From Mytilus californianus (lineage: Eukaryota): DNA of 64,000 bases. The stretch spans positions 26,474,001 to 26,538,000 of the forward strand of contig NW_026262582.1 of the NCBI RefSeq assembly GCF_021869535.1, given 5' to 3'. How positions within the stretch are numbered: the stretch's first letter is position 1; each line of letters begins with the position of its first letter. Below, piece by piece: positions 1 through 13,446 of the stretch. Below the pieces are notes generated by a model. It worked only from the letters and a program-made list of their open reading frames with translations, made no database searches and had not been told where the DNA came from. Position numbers and translations under genes: made by a program.

Positions 1-960
1 GGAGTAGATTGAAATAAGTATCTTGTAGTACACAAACATAACAAATATAACTTTATAAATTATATGCGTTTGAAGCACTTTTCTGGATTAACATTCACCA
101 GGAACGCTCAAGCCAAGCTCAAGCCAAGCCAAGCCAAGGATGTAAAAAAAAAACATTCCAACACTTGATTCTGGAGATTGATAAAACAGTAAAACTACTG
201 ACCTGATATAAAATTTTTGAAATTAAACACATTCTTGTTAATGTAACCCTTTCGTCGAGTTTTCCAATTGACCGAAAACCCGACGTGAAAATGACAATAT
301 CAATCCATTAAATCCCTGACATACAATTATTAATAATTGTCGTTAAAAACAATCATTTTATTATTTTATTGAGCCAAAATAATTTTGTAAGTCTGGAAAT
401 CAATCTTATTATTTTGCTTTATTTCATGACATTGTTCCTTGCTATACTTTACAGAACCACTGGTCATTTTTCGTCAATATCAATGAATATTTTACAATTG
501 TGAAATGAACAAAGTTTAGAGCACCAACATGATTTATTTCCGTTATGAAACGCATTGTCAGCACTGTTGTGTTGACACGAATTATGGTCATCATTATAAA
601 TTTAAATAAAACTTTAAATTTTCGAAATACTAAGGCTTTTTTGCCTTAGGTATATATTAATTTAGCTGTATTTGGCAAAGCTGTTGGAATTGGGTGTCCT
701 AAATTCTCTTCTACTTCGTACTTTATATGGCCTTTTAAATTTCTTAATTTTCGAACGTCACTGATCTTTTGTAGACGAAACGCGCGTCTGGCGTATAACA
801 TTTTAATCCGGGTATCTATGATGAGTTTATTGTCAAAAAACATTACATGTATGTTTCATGAGAGTCCGTTATTTTGATTTGCTGAAAACAATTGCAAGGC
901 ATTATAATGTCTCATAGTATTTCTGAATAAAATTCAACATTCATGACAACACGTGCTTCT
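1..960 (+). repeat. Segmental-duplication unit, copy 1 (paralogous to 47557-48040 plus 52330-52770)
   Basis: Bases 1-490 align by eye with 47557-48040 (offset about 47556) and 545-960 align with 52330-52770 (offset about 51785). Shared strings include tatcttgtagtacaca, ccaacacttgattctggagatt, tcgtcgagttttccaattgac and cattcatgacaaca. Confidence 0.9.
596..845 (+). mobile_element. Retrozyme-like repeat with decayed type I hammerhead ribozyme (core about 751-797)
   Basis: cgtca-ctgat(deletion)-cttttgtagac-gaaa-cgcgc-gtc-tggcgt. The surrounding ~250 bp (ttagctgtatttggcaaa...cttcgtactt) recurs at about 2965, 52400 and 60290, and partially on the minus strand at about 35857 and 46500. Confidence 0.8.
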
Positions 961-1011
961 CATGGCAACGTCACAAAAAATGCGTAGGAAAACAAACTGA
1001 ATTGTTTCATA

Positions 1012-1166
1012 TTTGTCATATCAGGGCCTTTTTATAGGTGACTATGCCGTATGGGCTTCGCTCATTGTTAAGGGTAGTACGGTGATCTATTATAGTTGTT
1101 AATTTTGTGTCATTTGGTCTCACGTGGAGGGTTTTCTCATTGACAATCACACCACATCTTATTTCT
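1012..1166 (-). repeat. Interspersed repeat family R1 (begins gatgtggtatgattgccaatgagacaact)
   Basis: Reverse complement matches the copies at 54155-54425 and 59057-59300. Confidence 0.85.
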
Positions 1167-2146
1167 ATTAATATTTTCTATAACTCGTTATTTCGTGAAT
1201 ATAGCATTCGTTGTGCTTTTCAATTTAATAAGGTTGTGAAAGCGTTAATCATGCACATATTTCTAGTATGTAGTGCTTTCGCACTTTATACAAAATATGT
1301 TTCTGTCAACGATTTTGCACAACAAAAACTTAAAAAAAGGAGAATGCAATTCTTAAATAAATTCACATCGTTAAGATAATAAAGTTATGAGATATTGCAG
1401 CGACTTGTCCAGGCAAAACCATTAAGTGCTTCATATCTATCTGGCACGATTTTTTAAAACCGGAAAGAATTGAGAAGACAATAGTTGTGAATAATAAATA
1501 ATTCAAGTGTATCCGATCAATTTAACAATTGGAACATTGTATTTGAAGAGCGAGTTTCGTTGTGAAAGTTCCCAGGAAGTTTTTGTTCAACTGAATTGTG
1601 TTCATCAAATAATAATTGTTTTCCGAAACAAATGTGATTTGTTTTTCGAACAATAACAATACTGACATGACACTGAAAGCAAATACAATATCTGTGTAAA
1701 TTAAGTACACAAACTAACTCAAGAATTCAAATAAAGTAAATATTTTAATTCATGACTTAACTATACTCAACAGAAAGCTTTATAAAATATTTGAATATGG
1801 GGTCCGTTAAATATTAATTAAGTCACATCGAGAGATCATGTATATTAGTATTTAGAAGTTGAGACACCGTGTATACGTCAATCATAAAGAAAGATGATGC
1901 ATAAAGGTCACCAAAGTAAGATCTTTATTATAAGACATGCTTATATGTCAAATGTCGTGTTACAAATAGACCAGAGTATAGACAAGTGATGAATAAACCA
2001 AAAGAGACTACCAAAGACCAGTAATCAACACCATATGCTTCAATAGGTCAATCTACAACAACCTTAACATTGGTATCAAGAATATCATGGGGTCTTTCAA
2101 AGCAAAATTTGTTCTTCAAATGCACAACTCAAAAAAAGGTATTTAA

Positions 2147-2529
2147 AGGATGTTCGCTCCTCTTTTTTTTAAATTATGCCAGATATTCGGAAACCTTTGA
2201 TTTTATCCATGTAGTGCCATTAAAAAGTTTTCCCCACTAACCCCCACTTTTCTTTTCATAGATTTATTCCATATAGTTTAAAAAGCCATGTTAAAAAATC
2301 CTATAAAATCCTTGTTATTTTGTCATAATTTTTGAAAGAAAAAGGATGCCAATGTTAAATGCATAAAAAGTCTAGAGGGAATTATTTTCCGCTTTTCAAT
2401 GGCTTATATCTTGATAACAAGCACACGGACCCTTCTTTTTTTCCTGTTTTTTAATCCTTTATTTATATACTATCAATGTGTAATAGTCTTAAAAAGCTTG
2501 TTATTTAGAAACAGAGTAGCGAACATCCA
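2147..2529. mobile_element. Kolobok-like MITE
   Basis: Terminal inverted repeats aggatgttcgct / agcgaacatcc; ttaa on the left and taag on the right. The TTAA target with RR...YY ends fits Kolobok. Confidence 0.6.
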
Positions 2530-2964
2530 TAAGTAAGATCTACAGCGGTTTGCTATATCTCTGCTTTTTTTTCAAAGAAACGCATTTCCCAGGAAAATCT
2601 ATATTTCGAATTGCAAATCTAGTTTATTACGGCAACAACAGATTATCGATGTTTGAATATCATTATTCGATTACAAAGATACAAATGAAGGTAACAAACA
2701 AAACGAGGGAATCGCATGAATCCAAAAAGTAGCGATACGTGGTGCGTCAAACTGGATATATTATAATGAATGACGTCAATGAAAGAGAAGTGCACATTTT
2801 ATTCACGAAATTTTTTTTTTGTAATCATGAAAAATAAAGAATGGCTTAATTTTGAAATGAGTTATTCTTTCAAAAATTTATAAACGCTTTAAAGTGACAA
2901 CTAAAAACAAAGTATTTTGTATCTGACATTATGATCTTCGTTTTTATAATAATAGTCTGAGGTT

Positions 2965-3180
2965 TCGTTCGAAATACTTAGGAATTTCTAACCCCGGAAT
3001 AGATACCACAGCTCTATTTGGCAAAACCTTTCAGAATATTTAGTCCTCAATACTGTTCAACTTTGTTTTTTATTTGGCATTTTAACTTTTTGTATTCGAG
3101 CGTCACTAATGGAACATTTGAAGACGAAACGCGCATCTGGTGTACAAAAATTATAAGCCTGATGAGTTTTGTTCATCGAC
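2965..3180 (+). mobile_element. Retrozyme-like repeat with decayed hammerhead (about 3096-3143)
   Basis: tcgagcgtca-ctaatgga-acatttgaagac-gaaa-cgcgc-atc-tggtgt; same family as 596-845. Confidence 0.75.
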
Positions 3181-3264
3181 TTGATATATGTAACATTGTC
3201 ATATTAGAGCTTAACATGATGAGGGTATACATTAAAAATAAAAACAAAATTGCAACAATATATA

Positions 3265-3401
3265 AATAACACATAGCTGAGAGGGTGATAGAGCAGATTG
3301 TTACCCCGAGAAAACATTGTCAACTGAGGCGAAGCCAAGGTTGACAATATCTTTTCGAGGGGTAACAATCTGATCTATCACCCTCTCAGATATGTGTTAT
3401 T
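3265..3401. repeat. Palindromic hairpin, probably part of a Crypton-like non-autonomous element
   Basis: Arms aataacacat..ctgagagggtgataga..cagattgttacccc..attgtcaac and their reverse complements surround a gaggcgaagcc loop. Confidence 0.65.
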
Positions 3402-3759
3402 AAATATATTATACTGAATGTGTAGCCGACCGCGCAAGACCCTCATGGGTATTCAAGATCGTTAGAAACCACCCTCATCATCCTACTGAATGTTCTGTTA
3501 TAACTGTCAATTAAATTTCAAATTCAAGTAATAAACTTTGACGACTTTTACATAACAAACATCCGTATTTATCAAAGCGCACACTTGATCAAGCTTCTCC
3601 GTGAAGGGTAATTGAGTATTTGCCAGGGGACAGGGTAAATTGTCGCCTCCAAACAACAAATCAAAATCTGGCAATTTGACATGCATATACTAGTAATATA
3701 TATTATACTGAAGTGAACTATCCCAGCTTATTCTACAATTTGTTTTGTGAACCTGACTT

Positions 3760-5069
3760 GGTATATATGTAGGACTCTGAACCACGATGGTACTCCGAAC
3801 TGCGATGGTCACGCTGACGTGCGATGGTCCACGCTGATGTGCGATGGTGACATTGTGACGCTAACTTGTTGTTAGCTACGCTGAAGTGCGTTGATGGGTA
3901 CGCTGAAGTGCAATGGTCTAACTGTGACGTTGTGTATACTAGCCAAATGAAGATCTTGTTATATTTCTGGTCAGGTCAAATCAAAGACTTTAATTTTAAA
4001 TTTGCTAATTATCCGCTTAGCACACAGCAGTATGGAGTCAGAATAGACAGGATGGCTCAGATTAAATATAATGGATTCTAGTTGGAGGACATGTGTTTAT
4101 ATTGAGTGTTCAAGTGCGATAAAAAATACGGGTTCAGCGCGGCGGTCTTTAGTACTAACTAAACAGGAGTCCATTTAATTTTATCAAATAAACTAGTAAC
4201 TTGTTCTTGTCATGTCATAGCCAAGAAATTGCTCACAACACTCATTCATCAATTTATCTGCTATCATAACCGTTTTTAAGAAATTAAAACCACCAAGTAC
4301 ATTTATGCTACACTTGTAGTGAGACGTGACGCGTGTTCTCTCAAAAGCTTGAGAATTGCTTACTTCTCCGCTCAGCAGCAGAAATTGAGAAGTACAGCAA
4401 GTAGGGACCATTCGGGTTTATGTTGACCTTACCCGTTGCAGAAGAATAATACTTTAAGCACAATAAAATTACTAAGAGTGTGTGTTTTCTTACAAAGCAG
4501 GATTCATCTCAAGAAAAGAACTAAAGTATCTCTATTTGATATAACGAAAACATTGCTAATAATTAATTTAATTTGATCATTAAATTGTCCAGACAAAATC
4601 ATGTGAAGTATACTTGAAGAGAAGTCAAAATTAATACTAAGATCAAGACACTATTTATCAAATCCTCATACCAATATTATCTTTTAGCCGCCTTGTTCTC
4701 CATGATTTGCTACCTGACTTATTTTATTCATATTTTTGTAATCTCCACCTCCAATGCTAAAAACTGTTCGGGACTTGAATCGCTCGTTTCTTTTTGTTTC
4801 CTTTCCTTTGTACGCATGAAACCTTCATCTACAAATCTTATTTAGCTACCTGCAAATCCAATTTGTTTAATAACGTTGTATTGGAAAACGTCACAATATC
4901 CAAACGTCATGCCAAACCATCGCACTTCAGCAAAAGGACCATTGTACTTCGGCGTAGACCATCGCACTTCAGCGAAAGGACCATCGCACTTCAGCGTAGA
5001 CCATCGCACTTCACCGTGACCATCGCACTTCGCTGTCCCCATCGCACCTCCGAGTCCATCATATATACC
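3760..5069. mobile_element. Non-autonomous foldback-type element with long imperfect TIRs made of ~20-bp tandem units
   Basis: Unit cgctgaagtgcgatggt is repeated at 3780-3920 (+) and 4915-5050 (-). The outer ends ggtatatatg(t)aggactc and gagtccatcatatatacc are inverted copies. Confidence 0.7.
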
Positions 5070-5980
5070 CATATACCCTGTTAGCACAATAGAGGATTAG
5101 AACAGTATAGAATATTGAAGTATTGAAACATTGAAACCAGGGTAATCCAGTATAATATAATTGATATTCGGGCTTCATATAGGATATGTGCTCAGGATAT
5201 ATCAAACACTGACAGTATATCCAGTATAATATTGGCTCAAATTCCCTGTGAAGTTTAAAAAAAATGAACAGTAAATAAATATGAATATAAGTATTGATTT
5301 AGTTCGAATACATTTTCATTGTGGGTAAAACGGAGATATATGTAACTTGCGTTAATATCTTAGATATTGTTAATCAGTTATGGCAGATCAGGGAAAAAAG
5401 ATGGAGATCACAAAAGACAAAACTAAGGTCCCACCTTACCTAAATTAAACAAAATAATGAAAACAGACTTAACGAAGTTCTACTCAAATTTACAACCACA
5501 AAAGAACGTATCTACAGTCAGAACTTACGCTTGCATGAGTTACTTATCAGTGTTGTTCGGGCAAACGAATATATTTTACGATATCTTTGTTCTTTCTTAA
5601 TGTGATTATTTATTTTTTTTGCCTTTAAATGTAAATAAAACAGAAAATGTAAGGGACTACACAGGGTTTACTTCACATGTGAAAATTGTTTTTAATTTGA
5701 CTGCGACATTATGTTAAAAGGATACTTAATGTTCAATTGAAGATTTAAAAGTGTTTTGTCTAAAGACTCACATCATGCAACTGTATTATGTCATAGTGTT
5801 TTAGTGTGATATATTTTCATTTAAACGCTTTGCCTGTAATTTATGCAAGTCAACATATAATAATCCCTATGGATTAAAAACGTGAGGAAATACTAAAAAT
5901 GTAAAAAGAACTGATAAAACAACCAACGGAGTAACTGACAAACAACTATCATATACAAAAGATGTAAATATATTATCTAA

Positions 5981-7092
5981 GGGGGCATTAGCTGTCAAAT
6001 TCATTTTCATCGATTTGACTCAAATTATCATATTATATTTGTAACATACTAAAAGGTATATCCTACTTACAATAAGTCTAAAATAAACAATTAACTATGC
6101 ATGGACTCGATAATATATATCAGCATTTCGTTTAAATTTTAGTCAAGACGTTATCTAAGACTGTCGGCGGTCATATAATCCGATATAAACATAACATTAA
6201 TATAAATGTAAATAGATAGCGACCACGTGTAATTGCACTTTTCTGGGCCTGCTTCATTTCATGCTTTAGGTTAAAGAAACTAGTTAATGATCATTTTTAC
6301 CTATATAAGAATAATTGTTTTTGGGATCAAAAAGCTCAACAAAATGGTTCACAAATGTTTCACTTTAAATGTTGACGTTCTTTTTCTTTTAATAGGTGAA
6401 AACGTCTAGAACATGCGTAACTCATCTCCATCTAAGGGGTAAAATTGAAGTGCATATGCATACTAATTCGCATGAGGTCGAAATAGTCACTTCCAAGTCT
6501 ATCATACATCAGCGATGTTTTCGTGTTTATTTTGACAAATTTGGGCCAAACTTACTGCTTATTACGAAATATCATATCAAAAAACCCCAAGGGTGACTAG
6601 GAAATAGAAGTATGGTCACCATTGGTCTTCCTCCGACCGGCAGTAGAACCCTCGCCAAAGTCGGGCGTCCGTTTGACTGTGCGGGATGTACAAATAAGCA
6701 GCCACGTCCGGTCAGAATGGGGACGTTAAATCCGATGCCTCGTGTAAAGAGAGTGCCACGCTCTTTGCACGTTAAGAACCCTTGCAACAACTCTCTGAGG
6801 GGTCCGTAGGTGACCTGTTGCAAGGCTAAATTTCTGTCCCTATCCAATATACCCTCGTTTCCCGTGGCAGTCTAAATTTCTCCTACCTTAATCCAGACCG
6901 CCTCTATTACATAACCTACCTATTGTATTCATTGTTAATTTGTTCTCGTCCTGAATATGCATGAAATATTTGCCACTGGACGTTAAGCAATCAACAATCA
7001 ATCAATCATATAAAAAATTCCGCCTTTATCAATACTTGAAACACAAAGATTCGTATTTATTTTTTTTTGTCTAAATCGTAGCTAATGCCCCT
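5981..7092. mobile_element. Kolobok-like MITE carrying a nested SINE
   Basis: TIRs ggggcattagct / agctaatgcccc, flanked by ctaa and ttaa. Confidence 0.6.
6590..7010 (+). mobile_element. SINE with (caat)n tail
   Basis: GC-rich head, central ggggacgttaaatccgatgcctcgtgtaaagagagtgccacg, and 3' tail atgcatgaaatatttgccactggacgttaagcaatcaacaatcaatc. The tail recurs on the minus strand at about 24510, 30548 and 31985. Confidence 0.7.
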
Positions 7093-8307
7093 TTAACATG
7101 TTTAAGCAATTGAAAGTGATACGGTTAAAACTTTGTATTAACTAGAATATCACTATTTACAATATGGTAACCAATGATATAAACATTTCGTAAACATTTC
7201 AAATTATTTTCAGTTATTGAAATTTTTCATGCTCCTCTTTATGCGAGTTGCAATTACAGTAGTTTATACGTGCTGCCCCTCTATTCTTATGTAGACACCA
7301 ATGCTATTGTGAGATCATGAGAATAAGAGTATGAACATATCAGTTAAGTGAAAATAAGTGGAAATTAGAAGAAATTTTAAAAAAAAATCAATGTCAAACG
7401 CCGAAGAAGAGAAAACAAAATGTCTATGCCCCCAAACACCTGTGGTTTTACGTAAGGACGAAACTGTCTACAAAAAAAATACCTAGATTCAGAAGGTAAA
7501 GGATTTCAGTTAGTAACTTGTGCCGGTTTTGGTTCAGAGAACGAGCTGTGCCTATGTGTTTGTTATGAAAATTTGAATATATTCGAAAAATATCTATATA
7601 ATCTACATACTCATACGGTCCGGCCCATTAACAACAAAACAAGTATATACTCATATTGTCCGACCATACGCGTATGAGTATACCCATATGGGCATGACCA
7701 TATGCGTACAATTGTTTTTTTGGTTCGGCGTCTGTGCTAGATTTAATTGTATGTTCGTTTGAATTATTTAGTCTCGTTCTTTTGTGTACCTGTGATTTAT
7801 GTTTACACAGTTTCTGCTGCTCGACCACAATTTTGTTAATATACCTGAACACAACGCAATGTTCATAGAAGTTGTATGTTTAGCAAGCTATAAAATCAGG
7901 TCTAAGATATTCATTTTCCAGGAAAATGCCTTTACCAAATAAGTTTTCAGTTTGCTTTCATAGTCGAGTTATTTGTTTTGTCAGTATTCATCAGTTCATG
8001 GACTTCCCCTCTTTATAATTACCTTAAAATGTTGTATTTCTAAATAAGTGTTTTTGTTGTATATAAGAAAATAAGGAAGTGTATTATAAATGCCAATGAG
8101 ACAACTGTTACAAGAGTATATTCATTATGTTCTTTCACTTTTTCTCTTTCACTGGAGCTACATTTCTTTTACCGTCTCCAAATGTGTCAATCCAAAGGAA
8201 TGCGCCTAGCCGTTATCATTATTACTAGATGACAAGATGAATAATCCCAAGTAATCTATGTATAAATTGATAAAGGAACGAAGAAGGAAAATCTTTCTTA
8301 ATATGAA

Positions 8308-9444
8308 AACTAGAAGCTCTAAAGAGCCTGTGTCGCCCACCTTGGTCTATACGCATATTCAACGAAGGACACTCTCCAACATGAAGACGAGAATATAATT
8401 TATGATAAAAATCTCTGTATTGGTGATCTTGTTTTGCTGCTCTTTTAATCAGTTTCTCGCTATTTTCGTTAGTTTTGCTTAAAACAAAAAAGAGGATAAA
8501 CTATTCCCCATTTAAGTGCAATCACTCCTATAAAGCGTGACAGTCTACTAACTATATCGGCAAAATTTGACTTGTTGGTAGATCTTGCCTTGCTGATCAT
8601 TTTTATGATTTGAAATGTCTTTTTATCTATCATATTTTTTTATCATATAAGGCAAAACGCTAAAAAATGGTAAAACATCGTCATTAAAGGGCAATTACTC
8701 CAAAAAAAAAGTCGTCGGACGATTTCCTCCATATGATTTAATGGTAGTTTGTGTCTTGTTGGTCATTTTTGCTTCTTAAAGTTTCTATCTATCTATTATT
8801 ATTTTTAAGATATCAGGCAAAAACTAAAACAAAATGGTAAAAATCGTCATCAAAGGGAAAAAACTGTAAAACGGAGTCGACTGACGATTTCGACCATGAG
8901 ACTTTTTTATGAATTGTCTAGCTGTTCATTTGTTTGTAAATAAAAGTTTCTCTCCATCTATTACAGTTTTTAAGATAATAGCCAAAAATGAAAAAAAAAA
9001 TGGTAAGATTTGTCATTTAATGGCAATTACTCCTATGAGAAGACGTCTGACAGTCGTGACGTATATATATAATTGGTTGAACTAGCATTCTAAACATATT
9101 TTCTCTATTTATAACGGTATTAAAAATAATAGACAAAACTTGCTTTTTAACCCTATGTTTTATTGTTAGCCATGTCGGCCATCTTGGTTGGCAAGCGGGG
9201 TCATCGGACACATTTTTTAAACTAAATACTAAATGATTTTGAATACGTTTGGTTAAATTTGACCCAGTAGTTTCAGAGGAGAAGTTTTACAGACGACGAC
9301 GCCGGACGACGCCAAACTACGCCGGATGACGACGGATAACGTGGGACGATGACGGACGACGACGGACGTGGGCGGACGACGACGGACAACGAACGCCAAG
9401 TGATGAGAAAAGCTCACTTGGCTATTTGGGCCAGGTGAAGTAAA
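8308..9444 (+). mobile_element. Helentron-associated non-autonomous element (HINE/DINE-1-like)
   Basis: Starts aactagaagctctaaagagcctgtgtcg, has internal tandem subrepeats (aaaaatggtaaaa..tcgtcatt..aagggcaattactc), a gacgacg(g) microsatellite at 9290-9390, and a terminal hairpin gctcacttggc..gccaggtgaag. Confidence 0.7.
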
Positions 9445-10261
9445 CATGAATTTAAGTTATAAATACTTGAATGCTATCAATGAACATAAACTAAAGGTCA
9501 AAGGAAAATAATAGCTTTTCTGGAGTTTTTTCATGGACAGAGATGAATATTTGTTGTTTGTTTTCCTACAATATTTCCACAAAACGAATGCATTTTGCAC
9601 GTCAACGAAATATGTTGATTGACGATCACACAGAAAAGTGCATTTGATAATCTCGTTGTTACAGCATTTAACTCCGAGTCTTTTGATACTCGGGAATGCA
9701 AATCATTTTCCCTATTCAAGAGTTGATTTCCTGGAAAAATTATTCTACAGAACGTTATTGTTTAATCGGATTTTTATTCAATCTAACTGATTTTGTTATA
9801 ACATAAGTCGTATTTCGATAATAGTTTGGTTTTAATTTGATTAATTCAGAATATATTAGATTTAACTGTTATTTAAAGAACACTTGTGTGTAGATATCGA
9901 ACATTCTAACATGCATTTATTTTTGAAAAAGGAAACTTGTAGGACAAACAATCTGGCTAGATCAAGAGATATAGAAAGTTTAATCGACAGGAATTTGACG
10001 GAGAAATATGAACAATGACAATGTTTAAGCAACAGAGCAATACCAATGATGCATTTTCCTTCTCTTATTTCTTTTAAAGTAACAACGCTACAACTGAACC
10101 AAATTCTAGTGTTATACACATTGTGAAATGTGTGACTGTGTATTTTTTTATTTGTAGAATATTCCACGTCTGAAAACTTAAAATAAAGATTACATGTCTA
10201 GCTTTTGGGATTGGAATCAGTTTAGTTATTCGTGTCATAGGTAAATTATCTTATATGGGTT

Positions 10262-10472
10262 TATATTTCATTGTTTTTACATAAATCAGGCCGTCTGTTA
10301 GCTCGTTTGAATTGTTTACATTTGTCATTTCTGGGCCGTTTATAGCTTACTATGCGGTATGGGTTGTGCTCATCGTTGAAGGCCGTACGGTGACCTATAG
10401 TTGTTAACTTTTATGTCATTTGGTCTCTGGTGGAGAGTTGTCTCATTAGGAATTATACTACACCTTCCTATT
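10262..10472 (-). repeat. Interspersed repeat family R1
   Basis: tatgcggtatggg..ctcatcgttgaaggccgtacggtgacctatagttgttaa is the reverse complement of the R1 consensus. Confidence 0.85.
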
Positions 10473-11384
10473 TTTACATTTAATATATCTATTCATACAT
10501 GTATGCATATAACGTAAACTATGCACCCGAACAAATGGCGTCCTTAAAAGACTGCATTATACAGTCCAAGTTTGCTGAAAGGTATCGATAACAGTACTTT
10601 TTTTTCGAAATAAAGGAAACTTATTTACAAACATGTATAACTGTACACGAACTTGTTTTCCACTTACAAAAAGAATATGACGTGAATTTAAAGTGTCACA
10701 AATATGTGAAACAGATCTATTTGAACTTAGAAAAAAAAATTTAAAAAAATGAGTTAATAAGTCAGCAATTGATGTCGAGCAGAAATGGCTGAATACCTTA
10801 AATAGTATCCGGGGGAAGAAATTGGGATAAAATAGTTTGTATTCTGTATAATGAGAAGAAGAAAAAAAGACACTTTACCAAAACAAATTGAGCGTGACCT
10901 ATTGTTGATCAAACTAATAGCCAGATTGATCCACCATCTGTATAACCTTATTGTCACGCATTTAAATTATTATCCGACTTATGGGCAGTTATAATGCTTA
11001 CTGCATGCACTCGGCGAGGAAAATCAAGACAATACAGTGATGTGTGGATGCAGCATTTTACTATTAAATAAAAACAGCACTTTATAATCTGAGTGCGTTC
11101 GGAGCGCTTTTGTGTGTTTTGTTGATGATCCATTTCATTAAAGACGATCAACCATACAATTGAAAATCAGGGATGTTTAAATATTTAGAAACATTTTTAT
11201 GACTGAAACACTGTGTCTAAACTACCCCGGCCAAAAATGTTTGGACTCAATAGTATCTAATATCCAATACGGTGACGGACCATTATCAGACAGAGAAAAG
11301 GTAGGATTTCTGTGTATCTATTTGTTTTTTTTTTATGATATTGAAGAACATTCATACACATATAATTGTTTTCGATTGTGAGAA

Positions 11385-11500
11385 ACTGACAATAAGAGTG
11401 GTTCTTTCCTGGCGCTCCGGTTTCCTCCGCCAATGAAATCTGACCGCCATGAAATACCACAATGGCTCCAAATGTGACATTAAAAACCAACCAATCGATT
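11385..11500 (+). mobile_element. 3' fragment of a CORE/Nin-type SINE
   Basis: ctccggtttcctccgccaatgaaatctgaccgccatga resembles the conserved central domain of these SINEs. Confidence 0.55.
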
Positions 11501-11997
11501 AATTAATGTAAGCACTGACTTCTGATATGATGATACCTTCAGAGGCAAACAATAGTATATCAGTACTTGTATCGACTCAATGCAAGTATATGAAATAACA
11601 CTTTATCAATATCATGTGTACGAAGTGAAATAAAAAAAAATACATTGAAACTGTCATAACCATATTTCTATTGAGCGTATCTAATATACAATCTTCATAG
11701 TATTCTTTCTTCGAGATGTAGCCTGTTTTCCTTAGACGGAAATCAATCAAGTATTCATAGCAATATTCATTACCAATAATTTTGATGAAACTAGAGCTAT
11801 TTTCAGACAAATCTCAACAGAGAATATTTATTGAAAACATACATATTGGGGTTTTATATCAATGAATAAAATATTAGTAATTTCATAGCGCTACGAAGCT
11901 GCTTCACTTGAGTGTGGTACACAAAAGAGCATTTCAAATTGAAAAAAACATCGAACTTTCATGTAAAATTTCTAGTATTCGTATTTTATATTTTTAG

Positions 11998-12366
11998 CAG
12001 AAATGAAGAATGTAGAAAATAATGTAACATACTGTTCAACTGGCGAAGCAATAACTCTTAAATGCAATTGCAAAGTTTCGTTCTGGAATGGAACTGTAGT
12101 GACAAATATTGAAAATGGAACATATCTTATCATGATCACTGATATATACGGCAAGCCTCAGGTGTGGCATGTATCTATTTAATTTCATAGCGGCAAACTT
12201 GCAAATACGCTGCCAAAGAAACCTTCCGAAAAACTAAATGTAATTGGTGAGAACTTTGATCTTCGAATAACAAATTTGTCTACCTCCGACGAAGGTCTAT
12301 ACATATGTGAACTGAACGAAAAGTGTTTATTAGTGTCACCAAGTCGATACCTTCTTCAAAACAAAT
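11998..12366 (+). pseudogene. Copy A exon: N-terminal V-like Ig domain with in-frame stop
   Basis: tttttag acceptor and t|gtaagt donor. Reads STGEAITLKCNCKVSFWNG...VSI*FHSG...DLRITNLSTSDEGLYICELN; about 66% identical by hand count to 55851-56213, where Y replaces the stop. Confidence 0.9.
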
Positions 12367-13446
12367 GTAAGTAGATATTTACGGTCAAGTATAAACTTAA
12401 TCAAGTATTTAGTTATTATCAATTAATTTGTTTTTATTGTGATAAAAATATAGTCTTCAGATGTATATGAATACATGTATTTTTAAGTGGGAGTCGAATA
12501 CCAGATATCACATTCTGCAAAGTTCGTCTATTGAACGCGTATAATATGGATCTATTAAGAAATTACCCAGATTAATAATTATTATTATAATTATGTATAA
12601 CATTTTGCCAGCCGAGCATGACTTCTATTTGACAAGAAAGACTAGAAATACATGTATAAGGTGACATAGTGCATGTGACATTATAGAATTTAAAGCTACT
12701 TTTGTTACTTTTTGAAATGAAAGCAAGCGGCGAATGACATTTTCTATGACGCTCAAAGGCGCTTCTTGCCTAAAATATGATTCGTCACTTGCTTTAACAT
12801 CAAACATTTAATGATTATATTTACAAATCTTCGACAATATTTTGAATATAAAAACATAGCAAAATTGGTGTTGTCATATGAATAAAGTATTATCCCACTT
12901 GAAATCAATTCAATATTTTAGAGTCCAATGAACTAGGTAATAACTTCGAAAACGTATACCAGAAGAATGTTATTGAATACAAGCGTTCTAAGCAATAACA
13001 TGCTAGCAAATGAACATAAAAAATGACGTAAATACCTTCTTTGGGTGCGAACAATAAAATTTCCAATATTTGTTTAGGTTCAGAAATTGGAAATTGAACG
13101 CATAAGAGTTGATGTTTTCATAATGTAGAATTCTATTTCGAAGTAAATACATGTAGCTCATACAATATCTTTTTATTAAAATTTTGATAATTTTAAGGGT
13201 AATTTATATAAGTTTACTTAAATAAATTGGTTTTATAGACACAAAACTATTTTCCACCTTAGGGTGCCTCTTGCATGAAGGGTGAAGTCATATAGCACGT
13301 GACCTATGCCATTAATAATTTGCAATGGAGTAGTTTTGTCGATTCTGTATAGACTAAACTTAATATCATTTCATATTCATTCATGATTAACTTTATACAT
13401 AATATTGATACTTACTGGGAGTATTGATATCAAGAAACGTTTCACA

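Noticed and set aside
3780-5050. ~20-bp repeats as a CRISPR-like array, and ORFs 4794-5084 and 4842-5087 as repeat proteins
   Set aside because: The units are contiguous with no unique spacers, the context is eukaryotic and there are no cas genes. The ORFs are read-throughs of the tandem units.
8129-8212. Signal-peptide exon of gene A (MFFHFFSFTGATFLF...)
   Set aside because: It runs to a stop with no phase-1 donor, and there is no counterpart upstream of gene B.
11998-12366. Hypervariable V domain relative to the other Ig domains
   Set aside because: Hand counts give about 66% (V), 71% (Ig2) and 76% (Ig3) identity between A and B; with two sequences, one a pseudogene, this gradient is too weak to claim diversifying selection.
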